From contig CASGEB010000002.1 in assembly GCA_949300375.1 (NCBI GenBank), positions 1,816 to 65,815 of the forward strand: a stretch of 64,000 nt of DNA. Direction: 5' to 3'. Position 1 is the stretch's first letter. Each line of letters opens with the position of its first letter. This DNA is from an uncultured Pseudomonadota bacterium (GTDB lineage Bacteria; Pseudomonadota; Alphaproteobacteria; RF32; CAG-239). The notes beneath the pieces were generated by a model. The model searched no databases and had not been told where the DNA came from. It saw only the letters and a program-made list of their open reading frames with translations. Position numbers and translations under genes: made by a program. Positions 1 through 10,203 of the stretch are shown here, one piece after another.

Positions 1-1467
1 AAAATCTCCGGCAATGTTCAGGGCGGCTTAACGGCCGAGGCGGCTATCGAGCGCGCTTATGAAGATATGTGGAACCGGCTTTCCGCCACCACCGATGCCT
101 ATCTGAAAGAACGCCTGCACGACCTGCGAGATGTGTCAGACCGCCTTCAGTCTTATTTGAGCGGCGATTTCGGCACGATTGAAAAGGTTGACGCCAATGA
201 CATTATCGTCGTGGCTCAGACGATGGGGCCGGCAGATTTGATGGATTATGATTATACCAAAATCCGCGGTTTGATAATTGAAGACGGCACGCCGACCATG
301 CATGTGGCAATCGTAGCCAGGGCTTTGGGGATTCCGGTTGTTGCCAAGATAAAAGGCATTTTTGAAGAAATCAAAACCGGCGAACTGGTTGCCGTTGACG
401 GAAATGACGGCTATGTTTACCGTAATCCGTCGCAGCAGGTGCAGGAAAAATTCAAAGCGAAAATTCTGGAAAAGCAGAAACTGCAGCAAAAGCTTTCGGA
501 ACTGCGCACCAAGCCGTCGGAAACGCTGGACGGCGTAAAAATCAGCCTTTACATTAATGTCGGTCTTTCTTTTGATTTGGATTACATTGAATCGACAAAC
601 TGCGACGGAATAGGTCTGTACCGGACGGAAATACCGTTTATGGCGTCGGAGAATATGCCTGATGTTGAAAGACAGGTCGGCTACTACCGCGAACTAATGG
701 ACAAAGCCGGCGGCCGCAAGGTGATTTTCCGCAGCCTGGATGTGGGGTCGGACAAGCTTCTTCCTTACTGGAGCAATATGGGCGAAGAAAATCCGGCCAT
801 CGGCTGGCGTTCGATTCGCATCACGTTGGACCGCCGGGCGATTTTGCGCAAGCAGGTCAGAGCTTTTTTAAGAGCTGCCGCCGGCAAGGAATTAAACGTT
901 ATGTTTCCGATGATCTCCAACTTGAGCGAATTTGAAGAAGCCCGGGAGACGCTTATGCTGGAATTGGAAAAAGAAAAACGCAAGGGGCGTGAGGTGCCGG
1001 AAAAAGTCAATGTCGGGCTGATGATTGAGGTTCCCGCCATTGTTTTTCAGCTGGATGAGATTCTTCCCAAAGCCGATTTTATCTCTATCGGAACCAACGA
1101 TCTGGCACAGTTTGTTTTTGCCTGCGACCGCGGCAATCCGCGTCTGACCGAGCGTTATGATGTTTTGTCGGGGCCGTTTTTGAGCATGATGGAATTAATC
1201 GTGAGCAAAGCTGCCAAATACGGCGTATATTGTTCCGTCTGCGGCGAAATGGCCGGCAGTCCGATTGAGGCAATGGCGTTAATTGGACTGGGATACCGCA
1301 ATCTTTCAATGTCCGGTTCTTCTTTCGGCCGTGTAAAAAGTATGGTGCGAAGTTTGAATGTTTCGGAAGTCTCGGATTATGTCCGGATGCTGCTGAAATC
1401 GGGCAAGAAAAGCGTCCGTCCGCAATTAATATCCTATGCCTATGATCACGGTATTGAAATCTATTAA
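1..1467 (+). CDS. ptsP: PEP-protein phosphotransferase (enzyme I-Ntr), 5' end outside window
   Basis: Frame is open from base 1. Motifs TMHVAIVARALGIP (phospho-His), GIGLYRTE, FRSLDVGSDK, EENPAIGWR, MIEVP, SIGTNDL, CGEMAG. Confidence 0.92.
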   Translation, partial: KISGNVQGGLTAEAAIERAYEDMWNRLSATTDAYLKERLHDLRDVSDRLQSYLSGDFGTIEKVDANDIIVVAQTMGPADLMDYDYTKIRGLIIEDGTPTMHVAIVARALGIPVVAKIKGIFEEIKTGELVAVDGNDGYVYRNPSQQVQEKFKAKILEKQKLQQKLSELRTKPSETLDGVKISLYINVGLSFDLDYIESTNCDGIGLYRTEIPFMASENMPDVERQVGYYRELMDKAGGRKVIFRSLDVGSDKLLPYWSNMGEENPAIGWRSIRITLDRRAILRKQVRAFLRAAAGKELNVMFPMISNLSEFEEARETLMLELEKEKRKGREVPEKVNVGLMIEVPAIVFQLDEILPKADFISIGTNDLAQFVFACDRGNPRLTERYDVLSGPFLSMMELIVSKAAKYGVYCSVCGEMAGSPIEAMALIGLGYRNLSMSGSSFGRVKSMVRSLNVSEVSDYVRMLLKSGKKSVRPQLISYAYDHGIEIY

Positions 1468-1513
1468 AAAATGTGCAACAATCAACCAAATTCACCAACA
1501 AGAGGATAAAGTT

Positions 1514-2563
1514 GTGACCGAAGAAATCAAAAAAGAAGAAAAAGCTGCCGAAAAAGGAGAAAAACCTGAGACAGCTCAACCCGCGGAAGATAAAATCGGC
1601 GGAATCTTAAAACAGGCGCGCCTCGGCAAAGGCAAAAAAATTCAGGATGTCGCGCAGGTTTTGTGCATCCGCAAGGCTTATCTTGAGGCAATTGAGGCCA
1701 ATGATTATGAAAAAATCCCCCCGTTTCCGTACGGTATCGGCTTTATCCGCTCCTATGCCGATTATCTGGGGTTGAACAGTTCATTGATTATTCAAAAATA
1801 TAAAGAAGAAACTGAACCGGAATCTGCCGAAAATGAAAACGCCGGCTATGTTCCAGAACCTCAGGCCGAAGCGGCTGTTCCGGGCAAAAAATATCTGACC
1901 ATCAGCTTGCTGGCCGTCATTGCCGTATATGCGGCATGGCATTTTTACAGCAGCTACAAGAGCCTGCCGGAAAATGCTGCGTCGGACGTTGAAAAAGAAA
2001 GTATCAGCGACGAGACTGCCGCGGATGAAAGTCAGTATCCGCTTGTGGTTGAAGATTTTTCAATGAATGAAGGGGATTCTTCTGCTCCGGTTTCGCAAGA
2101 AGAAAATCTGCCGGTTATTGAACCGGCTCCGGTTGAAGAAAGTGCCCAGGTCAGCGTAACCGATGCCTCTTTTGAAGAAGAACCCGCTGCCGCGCCGCAA
2201 TCAGAGCCTGAAATTTCTGAGCCTGCCGCACCGGTTGCTGAAACAGCTCCGGCCGCAGAATCCGTTCAAGAATCAAAAGCTGCAGCCAAGCCTGCAGCTC
2301 CGGGAAAATCGAATATTGTTTTTGAGATAAAAAAAGAAACATGGATTGAGGTTAAGACGGCAGACAAGCTTTATTTGAGCAAAGTTTTGTATGCCGGCGA
2401 TTCTTATACGCTTCCCAAAGCCAAAGGTCTGATAGTATCTGTCGGGCGCTTTGACGGGGTAGAAACCTTTATTGACGGCGAACCGGTAGATTTTCTGCCC
2501 AAAGACCGCAAAATGAACATTGACCTGGAAGCCGCTTTGGCAAAAGTCAACCGGACGCTTTAG
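1514..2563 (+). CDS. rodZ: RodZ-like cell-shape protein (N-terminal HTH, TM helix, C-terminal DUF4115-like domain); GTG start at 1514 inferred
   Basis: IGGILKQAR...YLEAIE...GFIRSYADYLGL HTH, one TM helix, acidic linker, directly upstream of ispG. GAGG lies before the GTG. Confidence 0.85.
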   Translation: MTEEIKKEEKAAEKGEKPETAQPAEDKIGGILKQARLGKGKKIQDVAQVLCIRKAYLEAIEANDYEKIPPFPYGIGFIRSYADYLGLNSSLIIQKYKEETEPESAENENAGYVPEPQAEAAVPGKKYLTISLLAVIAVYAAWHFYSSYKSLPENAASDVEKESISDETAADESQYPLVVEDFSMNEGDSSAPVSQEENLPVIEPAPVEESAQVSVTDASFEEEPAAAPQSEPEISEPAAPVAETAPAAESVQESKAAAKPAAPGKSNIVFEIKKETWIEVKTADKLYLSKVLYAGDSYTLPKAKGLIVSVGRFDGVETFIDGEPVDFLPKDRKMNIDLEAALAKVNRTL

Positions 2564-2643
2564 ACGATAAAAGGACTAATTAAGAAAATAGCTGGCCTCT
2601 GGTAAGCTATTTTCTTTTGTTTTTACAATAAGGAAGAACGAAA

Positions 2644-3723
2644 ATGACAAATCATACTCCGCAAATTATCCGCCGCAAATCGCGCAAAATTATGGTCGGA
2701 AAGGTTGCCGTCGGCGGTGATGCCCCGATAACGGTACAGTCAATGACCAATACGCTGACCTCGGATATTAAGGCCACGATTGAGCAAATTCAGCGTCAGG
2801 AAGCCGTTGGCTGCGACATTACCCGCTGCTCCTGCCCGGATGAAGATTCTGCCCGTGCGTTGAAAGAAATCACCAAGGCCGTAAGCATTCCGGTTGTCGC
2901 CGATATCCATTTTGATTACCGGCTGGGAATTTTGGCGGCGGAAAACGGTGCGGCCTGCCTGCGGATTAATCCCGGAAACATTGGCGGAGCGGATCGGGTT
3001 AAAGCGGTTGTAAAGGCGGCCAAAGATTACGGCTGTTCGATTCGTATCGGCGTCAACGGCGGTTCGCTCGACAAACGCCTGTTGGAAAAATACGGCGAAC
3101 CCTGTGCCGATGCTTTGGTAGAGAGTGCCTTGGAACAGGCCAAAATGCTGGAGGACAATGATTTTCGCGAATTTAAAATCAGTGTCAAATCGTCCGATAC
3201 GCTGATGATGATTGATGCTTATAAAAAACTGGCGGCAGCCTGCGATTACCCGTTGCATTTGGGCGTTACCGAAGCCGGCGGCCTGCGTACCGGCACAATT
3301 AAGTCGGCAATGGGTATCGGAGCTTTGTTGATGGCCGGTATCGGCGATACGTTGCGGGTTTCTCTGACTGCGGATGTGGAAGAGGAAGTCAAGGCCGGTT
3401 TTGAAATCCTGAAAGCGCTGGATTTGCGCCACCGCGGCATTCGCATTATCTCTTGTCCGACTTGCGCCCGCCGCGGTTATGATGTGCAAAAAACGGTTGA
3501 AACTTTGGAAAAGCGGCTGTCCCACATTGCCAAACCGTTGACTTTGGCTGTAATGGGCTGCGTGGTTAACGGCCCGGGCGAAGCCGGACATGCCGATTTT
3601 GGCGTCTGCGGCGGCAAAGGCGGCGATAATATGATTTTTGTTGACGGCAAGCCCTCTCATAAGGTAAAAAGTGAAAACATTGTCGACGAATTGGTTCGTC
3701 TGGTCGAAAGTAAAGTTGGTTAG
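2644..3723 (+). CDS. ispG: (E)-4-hydroxy-3-methylbut-2-enyl-diphosphate synthase
   Basis: [53 protein letters not shown]. Confidence 0.97.
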   Translation: MTNHTPQIIRRKSRKIMVGKVAVGGDAPITVQSMTNTLTSDIKATIEQIQRQEAVGCDITRCSCPDEDSARALKEITKAVSIPVVADIHFDYRLGILAAENGAACLRINPGNIGGADRVKAVVKAAKDYGCSIRIGVNGGSLDKRLLEKYGEPCADALVESALEQAKMLEDNDFREFKISVKSSDTLMMIDAYKKLAAACDYPLHLGVTEAGGLRTGTIKSAMGIGALLMAGIGDTLRVSLTADVEEEVKAGFEILKALDLRHRGIRIISCPTCARRGYDVQKTVETLEKRLSHIAKPLTLAVMGCVVNGPGEAGHADFGVCGGKGGDNMIFVDGKPSHKVKSENIVDELVRLVESKVG

Positions 3724-3735
3724 GAAAAGAAAAAT

Positions 3736-4809
3736 ATGAATTTTGCAGAAAAACTCGCTAATGTGGTTAATCGTTACGATGAGTTGGAGGCTCTGGTCGT
3801 CAGTCCCGGATTAAGTTCCGATGAGCTGGTGAAAATGAACAAGGAGATTTCACAACTGGCGCCGGTTGTTGAAAAAATCCGCAATTATAACCATGCCGAG
3901 GCCAATATGAACGATGCCAAAGCGATGATGGAAGATTCTTCGCTTGACAAAGAAATGCGCGAAATGGCCGAAGCCGAGTTTTATGAACTGAAAGAAAAAC
4001 TCCCCAAGTTGGAAAAAGAAATCAAAATTGCCCTGCTGCCGAAAGACGAAGACGACGAGAAAAATGCGATTCTTGAGGTTCGTGCCGGAACTGGCGGGGA
4101 TGAGGCTGCCTTGTTTGCCGCCGTTCTGTTTGAAATGTATCAGCGTTATTCTGCAAAACAGGGCTGGAAATTTGAGATTCTTGATGCCGATGAAAACGGC
4201 TTGGGCGGCTATAAGCAGGCCTCGGCGAAGATTACCGGCAAAGACGTTTTTGCAAAATTAAAATTTGAATCCGGCGCCCACCGTGTTCAGCGCGTTCCGG
4301 TAACGGAATCCCAGGGGCGCGTTCATACTTCCGCCGCCACGGTAGCCGTTTTGCCGGAAATTGAAGAAGTCGATATGTATATCAATCCGGCAGATTTGAA
4401 GATTGATGTCTATCGTGCTTCCGGTGCCGGCGGACAGCACGTCAACCGGACGGAATCCGCGGTTCGCATTACCCATATTCCGACTGGTGTTGTCGTTCAG
4501 TGCCAGGATGACCGTTCGCAGTTTAAGAATAAGGAAAAAGCCATGAACCACCTGCGGGCAAAATTGTATGATATGCAAAAAGAAAGCATTGATTCTGCTT
4601 ATTCTGAAAAACGCAAACTGCAAATCGGCAGCGGCGACCGCAGCGAAAGGATTCGCACTTATAACTACCCGCAGGGACGCGTAACCGACCACCGGATTAA
4701 CCTAACGCTGTACAAGCTGGATGAGGTTGTTTCCGGCGATGCGCTGGATGAGATTATTGATGCGCTGGTAATGGAAGATCAGGCGCAGCGTCTGGCCGAA
4801 CTGGATTAA
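3736..4809 (+). CDS. prfA: Peptide chain release factor 1
   Basis: RAGTGGDEA, VQRVPVTE (PxT motif of RF1), GAGGQHVN, RTYNYPQGRVTDHRI. Confidence 0.97.
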   Translation: MNFAEKLANVVNRYDELEALVVSPGLSSDELVKMNKEISQLAPVVEKIRNYNHAEANMNDAKAMMEDSSLDKEMREMAEAEFYELKEKLPKLEKEIKIALLPKDEDDEKNAILEVRAGTGGDEAALFAAVLFEMYQRYSAKQGWKFEILDADENGLGGYKQASAKITGKDVFAKLKFESGAHRVQRVPVTESQGRVHTSAATVAVLPEIEEVDMYINPADLKIDVYRASGAGGQHVNRTESAVRITHIPTGVVVQCQDDRSQFKNKEKAMNHLRAKLYDMQKESIDSAYSEKRKLQIGSGDRSERIRTYNYPQGRVTDHRINLTLYKLDEVVSGDALDEIIDALVMEDQAQRLAELD

Positions 4810-4855
4810 GCAGCTTTTCTCCGGGGCAGTGCGGGACTCAGGGTATCGTATAAGC

Positions 4856-5075
4856 TGACGCCTCCCTGCTGGGTGCGCAGCATAAACTGAGCGCCGCCGA
4901 CGTTGAGCCGCGCCTGCCGTGCAGGTCATCCCCGGGCATCGACCCGGGGATTCATCCTTCAAAGCACAATATCACCCATAAACCCCGCCATAGCAACGCG
5001 GGTCTCTTTAGCACTGCATAAACTGATGCCTCACCCGCCGGGTGCGCCGCGCGCCTGCCGTGCAGGTCATCACCC
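4856..5075. repeat. GC-rich intergenic repeat cluster with an alphaproteobacterial REP-like palindrome
   Basis: CGCGCCTGCCGTGCAGGTCATC occurs at ~4909 and ~5050; GCATAAACTGA at ~4880 and ~5016; palindrome GTCATCCCCGGGCATCGACCCGGGGATTCAT at 4925-4955. Confidence 0.7.
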
Positions 5076-5104
5076 GGAGCCAAAAAAGGAGATGGCTAAA
5101 ACAA

Positions 5105-5647
5105 TTACTGACAGCGGAAATACATATAGTCGCGGTCATCGGCATCTTCGTAGCAACTATGGAAGTCCAATAAACAGCCCTGAGCCTCATAAGAGGCGAT
5201 AACATCACTACAATCGTCAAATCCCCAATAACTCTTACATACCGAATAGTTGCTGCAATAGCGCCCGGTATTATCACAGCATTCGAAATATTGTCCGCTT
5301 AAATTATTCTTACACGTCCCGTTACTGCACGTCTGCCCGCTTGAGCATTTGGAAGAACCGCAGGATTGGTAATAAGTTACGCCGTTTCTGACGCAGGAGG
5401 AAGAACCGACATTTTGGCAGTTAGCCGCACAGCTTTCGGCAGTGTAAGTATAATTGCAGGTTTGCGGATTGAAACAAAAATATTTGCTGGTATCAAACGG
5501 ACATTTAACGCCGCCGTTCGGACATTCTTCGGCAGTATATATGTATCCCATAGTTTCACAATCCGGCGTTTGGGTGCAGGCCGCTAAGGCATAACCGGAA
5601 GTAAGAGCGGTGCAGCATAAGACGCTCCCCAAAATATATTGTTTCAT
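5105..5647 (-). CDS. Secreted cysteine-rich protein, unknown function
   Basis: ATG at 5647 after GGGAGAGG. Signal peptide ends in ALA; about 20 Cys, with CTQTPDCETMGY...CP...KCPFD...FC N-terminal module. Confidence 0.8.
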   Translation of the reverse strand: MKQYILGSVLCCTALTSGYALAACTQTPDCETMGYIYTAEECPNGGVKCPFDTSKYFCFNPQTCNYTYTAESCAANCQNVGSSSCVRNGVTYYQSCGSSKCSSGQTCSNGTCKNNLSGQYFECCDNTGRYCSNYSVCKSYWGFDDCSDVIASYEAQGCLLDFHSCYEDADDRDYMYFRCQ

Positions 5648-5861
5648 CAAACCTCTCCCGTCAAAACAAACACATAGGGATACTATACCACACCTCAAAC
5701 TAATAGTCAACATATAATGAAAAGTATGACGGGAATTTTGGCTAAGAAATCCGGTATAAACCAAAATAAAACCGCGCCTGTTGATATTTTAAAACCTGCG
5801 CTTTTTTTTATTGAGTCCGTCCGTTAAAATCGCTATTATCTGAGCAAGGAATTTATAATAA

Positions 5862-8800
5862 ATGTCAGAACCGAAATTTGTACATCTGCGGGTGCATACC
5901 GCTTATTCTCTGTCTGAGGGCGCAATGCTTGTACCCAAACTTATCCATCGGCTTCATGATGAGGGCGTGGCGGCGATTGCCGTAACCGATACGGCCAATA
6001 TTTTCGGCGGAAAAGCTTTTTCCAAATATGCTTCTGATGAAGGGGTTAAACCGATTCTCGGTTCTCAGTTCTATCTGCGCAATCCCGATTCGCAGGATTT
6101 GCTCAAATGCAAAGGAAAAATCGTCGAACCGGATAAAATTGTCTTGTTGGTTATGAATGCCGAGGGGTATGGCAATATTATGCACCTGATGAAACGGGCT
6201 TATCTTGATTTGCCGAACCCGCAGGAAAAACCGCAGATTACCATGGCAGATCTGGAAAAATTCAATGCCGGACTGATTATGCTGACCGGCGGCGTTGAAG
6301 GCCCGATTGGCCGGCTGCTGCTGGAAAACCGCGCGCCGGAGGCAGAAAGCACACTGCAGGAACTGCAAAAATATTTCGGCGACCGCTTATATATGGAAAT
6401 AGCCCGTATCGGCCTGGAAGAAGAACAAAAGACGGAAGATACGTTTATCGATTTGGCCTATAAATATAATATTCCGCTGGTTGCAACCAACGAGGCTTTC
6501 TTTTTTGATACCGATATGTACGAGGCGCACGATGCGCTGGTTTGTATTGCCGCGGGTGAAGTCGTTGCCAACCCGAACCGCAAACGTTTTTCTCCGAACA
6601 ACCGCCTGCGCTCGCAGGAAGAAATGGTCGAACTGTTCAAAGACCTGCCGGAAGCGGTGCAAAATACCGTGAACATTGCCATTCGCTGCAATTATCTTTC
6701 TTCAAAAGTCAACCCGCTGCTGCCGATTTTTGAATGTCCGGACGGCAAAACCCAGGATGACTATATTGACGAACAGGCGCATTTGGGACTGCGCAAACGT
6801 ATGGAAGCCACGGTTTATACGCCGGAGATGACGGAAGAAGAACGCAAGAAAATTGATGAAGAATATTACGCCCGCCTGGAATATGAGTTAAGCGTCATCA
6901 AAAAAATGGGTTTCCCGGGATATTTTCTCATCGTGTCGGACTTTATCCAATGGTCAAAAGACCACGGCGTTCCCGTCGGGCCGGGACGAGGTTCCGGTGC
7001 CGGTTCAATTGTTGCCTGGTCGCTCCGGATTACCGACTTGGATCCGATAAAATTAAACCTGCTGTTTGAACGTTTCTTAAACCCGGAACGTGTCAATATG
7101 CCGGACTTCGACGTTGACTTCTGTCAGGAAAACCGCAGCAAAACAATCGAATATGTTCAAAAAAAATACGGCTATGACCATGTCGCGCAAATTATTACTT
7201 ACGGTAAACTGCAGTCAAAAGCGGTAATCCGCGATGTTGCCCGCGTTTTGCAAATGCCTTATTCTCAGGCTGACCGTATCAGTAAAATGATTCCGCCCGG
7301 CGTTCAGGGCAAAAACCCGACCCTGCAGGAATCTCTCGATCAGGTGCCTGAATTGGAAGAAATGCGCGTTAACGACCCGCAGGTCAACAAGCTTTTTGAC
7401 ATTGCCATGAAATTGGAGGGCTTGTACCGCCATTCCGGCGTGCATGCCGCCGGCGTGGTTATCGGCGACCGGCCGTTGGAAGAACTGACGCCGCTGTATA
7501 AAGATCCGCGTTCCGATATGCCGGTTACCCAGTACGATATGAAGTTTGTTGAAGAAACCGGCCTGATTAAGTTTGACTTCTTGGGCTTAAAAACCCTCAC
7601 TGTCATTCAGCGCGCCGTCGACTGGGTAAAAAAGGATCATGGCGTTGAATTGATAATGAGTGATATCCCGCTTGATGACAAGCCGACCTACGAGCTGATG
7701 CAGCGCGGCGACACAATCGGCGTATTCCAGTTTGAATCTGCCGGTATGCAGGATGTCCATAAACAAATCAAACCGGACCGTTTTGAAGATCTTATCGCTA
7801 TCGTGTCTTTGTACCGTCCGGGACCGATGGACAACATTCCAAGCTATATCCGCCGCAAACACGGTGAAGAAGAGATAACCTACCTTCACCCGGATCTTGC
7901 GCCGATTCTTGATGAAACTTACGGCATTATGGTTTATCAGGAACAGGTTATGAAAATCGCGCAGGCTTTGGGCGGTTATACGATGGGCGGCGCGGATAAG
8001 CTGCGTAAGGTTATGGGTAAAAAAATGCGCGACGAAATTCCGAAACAGCGCAAAATGTTTACCGAAGGCGCGGTTGCCAAAGGAATTGACGCTGATGTTG
8101 CCACCAAAATTTTTGACCAGATGGAAAAATTTGCGTCTTACGGTTTTAACAAGTCTCACGCCGCGGCCTATTCGCTGATTTCATACCAGACGGCTTATCT
8201 GAAAGCGCATTATCCGGTTGAGTTTATGTGCGCCATTATGGCTTTTGATATCACCAATACCGACAAGCTGCTTTTTTACAAAGAAGAATGTAAAAAAATG
8301 GGCATTAAGGTCTTGCAGCCGGACATTAACAAATCCGGCGCCGACTTTACGGTGGAAGACGGCAATATCCGCTATGCGCTGGCCGCGATTAAAGGCGTGG
8401 GCATGGCCAATATGAAAGTGATTGAAGAGATTCGCGAACAGGGCGGCCCGTTTAAGGATATCTCTGATTTCATCCACCGGATGCCGCTGGCCAACAGCAA
8501 CCGCCGTCAGTTGGAAAATATGATTAAGGCCGGTGCTTTTGACTGCCTGGAGAAGAACCGCGGCAAACTTTTTGCCAATGTTGATACGATTATGCAGCAT
8601 ATTTCTTCCGCCAATGAGCTGAAAACCAGCTCGCAGTCTTCTCTGTTCGGAACGGAAGAACTCCAGTCGAAAGTCAAATTGGCGGAAAAGCCCGATTGGC
8701 CGGAATTGGAAAAACTCAAACTCGAAGCCGAGGCCGTAGGCTTTTATCTCTCGGCGCATCCGTTGGACAGCTATCGTTCCGGCATGGAGCGTTTGGGCGT

Positions 8801-9332
8801 TAAGAACTGTGCGGAAGTTATGGGCGGCGTAAAAGTCGGAGATACCGTTCGCGCCAAACTGGCCGGCTGCGTCAGTACTTTTCAAAAACGCATCAGCAAA
8901 AACGGCAACAAATACGCTTTTCTCGGTCTGTCGGATGCATCCAGCGGTTTTGAAGGGATTTTATTCTCAGACCTGCTTGCCAAATATGAGGACACAATCA
9001 ATTCAGGGCTGCCGCTTTTGGTCGGCGTAACGGTTGAAAAGCAGGAAGAGGGAGCCAACCCGCGGGTTATGATTAACTCTGTCGAAACCTTGGATCAGGC
9101 AATCGCCGACGGAGTAAACGGGCTGGTTATCGGCCTGAACAGCGTTGAGGCCGTCGCTCCGTTGAAAGAAATTCTGCGCCATGATAGAAACGGCGTAAAT
9201 AAGATATATTTAAAACCGGAAAACAACGACTGGGATATCCGTATTGAACTGGCGGGAGGCTACGCTTTTGCCAATGATATTTTGAGCAAAATCCGCGGAC
9301 TCCCGGGTGTTTCTTATGTAAAGGAGCTGTAA
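5862..9332 (+). CDS. dnaE: DNA polymerase III alpha subunit
   Basis: FVHLRVHTAYSL PHP start, GPGRGSGAGS, ERVNMPDFDVDF, HAAGVVI, KFDFLGL, YGFNKSHAAAY. Confidence 0.98.
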   Translation: MSEPKFVHLRVHTAYSLSEGAMLVPKLIHRLHDEGVAAIAVTDTANIFGGKAFSKYASDEGVKPILGSQFYLRNPDSQDLLKCKGKIVEPDKIVLLVMNAEGYGNIMHLMKRAYLDLPNPQEKPQITMADLEKFNAGLIMLTGGVEGPIGRLLLENRAPEAESTLQELQKYFGDRLYMEIARIGLEEEQKTEDTFIDLAYKYNIPLVATNEAFFFDTDMYEAHDALVCIAAGEVVANPNRKRFSPNNRLRSQEEMVELFKDLPEAVQNTVNIAIRCNYLSSKVNPLLPIFECPDGKTQDDYIDEQAHLGLRKRMEATVYTPEMTEEERKKIDEEYYARLEYELSVIKKMGFPGYFLIVSDFIQWSKDHGVPVGPGRGSGAGSIVAWSLRITDLDPIKLNLLFERFLNPERVNMPDFDVDFCQENRSKTIEYVQKKYGYDHVAQIITYGKLQSKAVIRDVARVLQMPYSQADRISKMIPPGVQGKNPTLQESLDQVPELEEMRVNDPQVNKLFDIAMKLEGLYRHSGVHAAGVVIGDRPLEELTPLYKDPRSDMPVTQYDMKFVEETGLIKFDFLGLKTLTVIQRAVDWVKKDHGVELIMSDIPLDDKPTYELMQRGDTIGVFQFESAGMQDVHKQIKPDRFEDLIAIVSLYRPGPMDNIPSYIRRKHGEEEITYLHPDLAPILDETYGIMVYQEQVMKIAQALGGYTMGGADKLRKVMGKKMRDEIPKQRKMFTEGAVAKGIDADVATKIFDQMEKFASYGFNKSHAAAYSLISYQTAYLKAHYPVEFMCAIMAFDITNTDKLLFYKEECKKMGIKVLQPDINKSGADFTVEDGNIRYALAAIKGVGMANMKVIEEIREQGGPFKDISDFIHRMPLANSNRRQLENMIKAGAFDCLEKNRGKLFANVDTIMQHISSANELKTSSQSSLFGTEELQSKVKLAEKPDWPELEKLKLEAEAVGFYLSAHPLDSYRSGMERLGVKNCAEVMGGVKVGDTVRAKLAGCVSTFQKRISKNGNKYAFLGLSDASSGFEGILFSDLLAKYEDTINSGLPLLVGVTVEKQEEGANPRVMINSVETLDQAIADGVNGLVIGLNSVEAVAPLKEILRHDRNGVNKIYLKPENNDWDIRIELAGGYAFANDILSKIRGLPGVSYVKEL

Positions 9333-9333
9333 A

Positions 9334-10203
9334 ATGGCAAATGTTTTCAACAAATTTTGTTCCTGGTTCAGCCAAAGTTGCCCGGCGGTTTCAACGGAAG
9401 ATGCCGACAGTAAAAAGTGGCCAAAATTAAAATTTTTGCCGTTGCTGTTGGATCCCTACCGTTTTTTTGTTGATTCTTTTCGGAGCTTTCTCGGGCTTGC
9501 CTTTCTGTTCGGCGGCCTGATGTCTGTTATTTCCTGTTTGTTGGGCTTTCCGTTTATCTGTGTTCTTGATAATCCGGCCGGAAATTATTTTTGTTCGTCT
9601 TCCTCAGGGCTTTATATGGCAAATTTTCTGCTCAAGCTGCTGTTGGGTATATGGTTTATTGTTTGCTACCGGCAGGTGCTGTCCGGACAAAGGCTGACTC
9701 TGCGTTTTATCTTAAAGCCCGGCCGCCGTTTTTTTAAAACGCTTTTGACTATTGTCGGCTTTTTGAGCCTGTTTGTTTTTCCGCTGATTTCTTTTTCTTA
9801 TCTGGCGGCCCGGCAGCCCAATCCGGACTGGCGGATTGAAGTTGCGGTTTTTGCCGTTTTCTTTTTTCTGTTCATTGTTCCGTTGTTTGGACTGCGGATG
9901 TTGTCATTGTTGTCATCGGCGGCTTCGGGAGAAAGCAGTTTAAAATGGCGGGAAATTTGGCGTCGGACATCGGGCGCTAATTTGAAGATTCTGATATCAT
10001 TGTTTTTTATGCTGCTGATTTTTGTATATCTGACCGGTGGTCTGTTGGGCAGCTATGCCGGGGTTGACGGCGGACATCCGCTGTATCTTGCGTTTACGTC
10101 CGAGTTTATGTACAATTTCATAATTCTGATGGTCGTTGCCTGGCTGACGGGGCTGAGTTACAGCCTGCAATTATTTTTAACGGGAGAAAAATGTAATGAA
10201 TAA
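9334..10203 (+). CDS. Multi-pass membrane protein, unknown function
   Basis: About 6 hydrophobic helices; begins 1 nt after the dnaE stop. Confidence 0.75.
   Translation: MANVFNKFCSWFSQSCPAVSTEDADSKKWPKLKFLPLLLDPYRFFVDSFRSFLGLAFLFGGLMSVISCLLGFPFICVLDNPAGNYFCSSSSGLYMANFLLKLLLGIWFIVCYRQVLSGQRLTLRFILKPGRRFFKTLLTIVGFLSLFVFPLISFSYLAARQPNPDWRIEVAVFAVFFFLFIVPLFGLRMLSLLSSAASGESSLKWREIWRRTSGANLKILISLFFMLLIFVYLTGGLLGSYAGVDGGHPLYLAFTSEFMYNFIILMVVAWLTGLSYSLQLFLTGEKCNE

Noticed and set aside
2740..3660. Long antisense ORFs (also 11512-12585, 29772-30566, 59526-60482 and similar)
   Set aside because: They lie opposite clear genes and show no motifs; expected shadow ORFs from codon bias.
4903..5202. 99-aa ORF with a repeated RACRAGH motif
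   Set aside because: It is a translation of the DNA repeat and overlaps the Cys-rich gene on the other strand.
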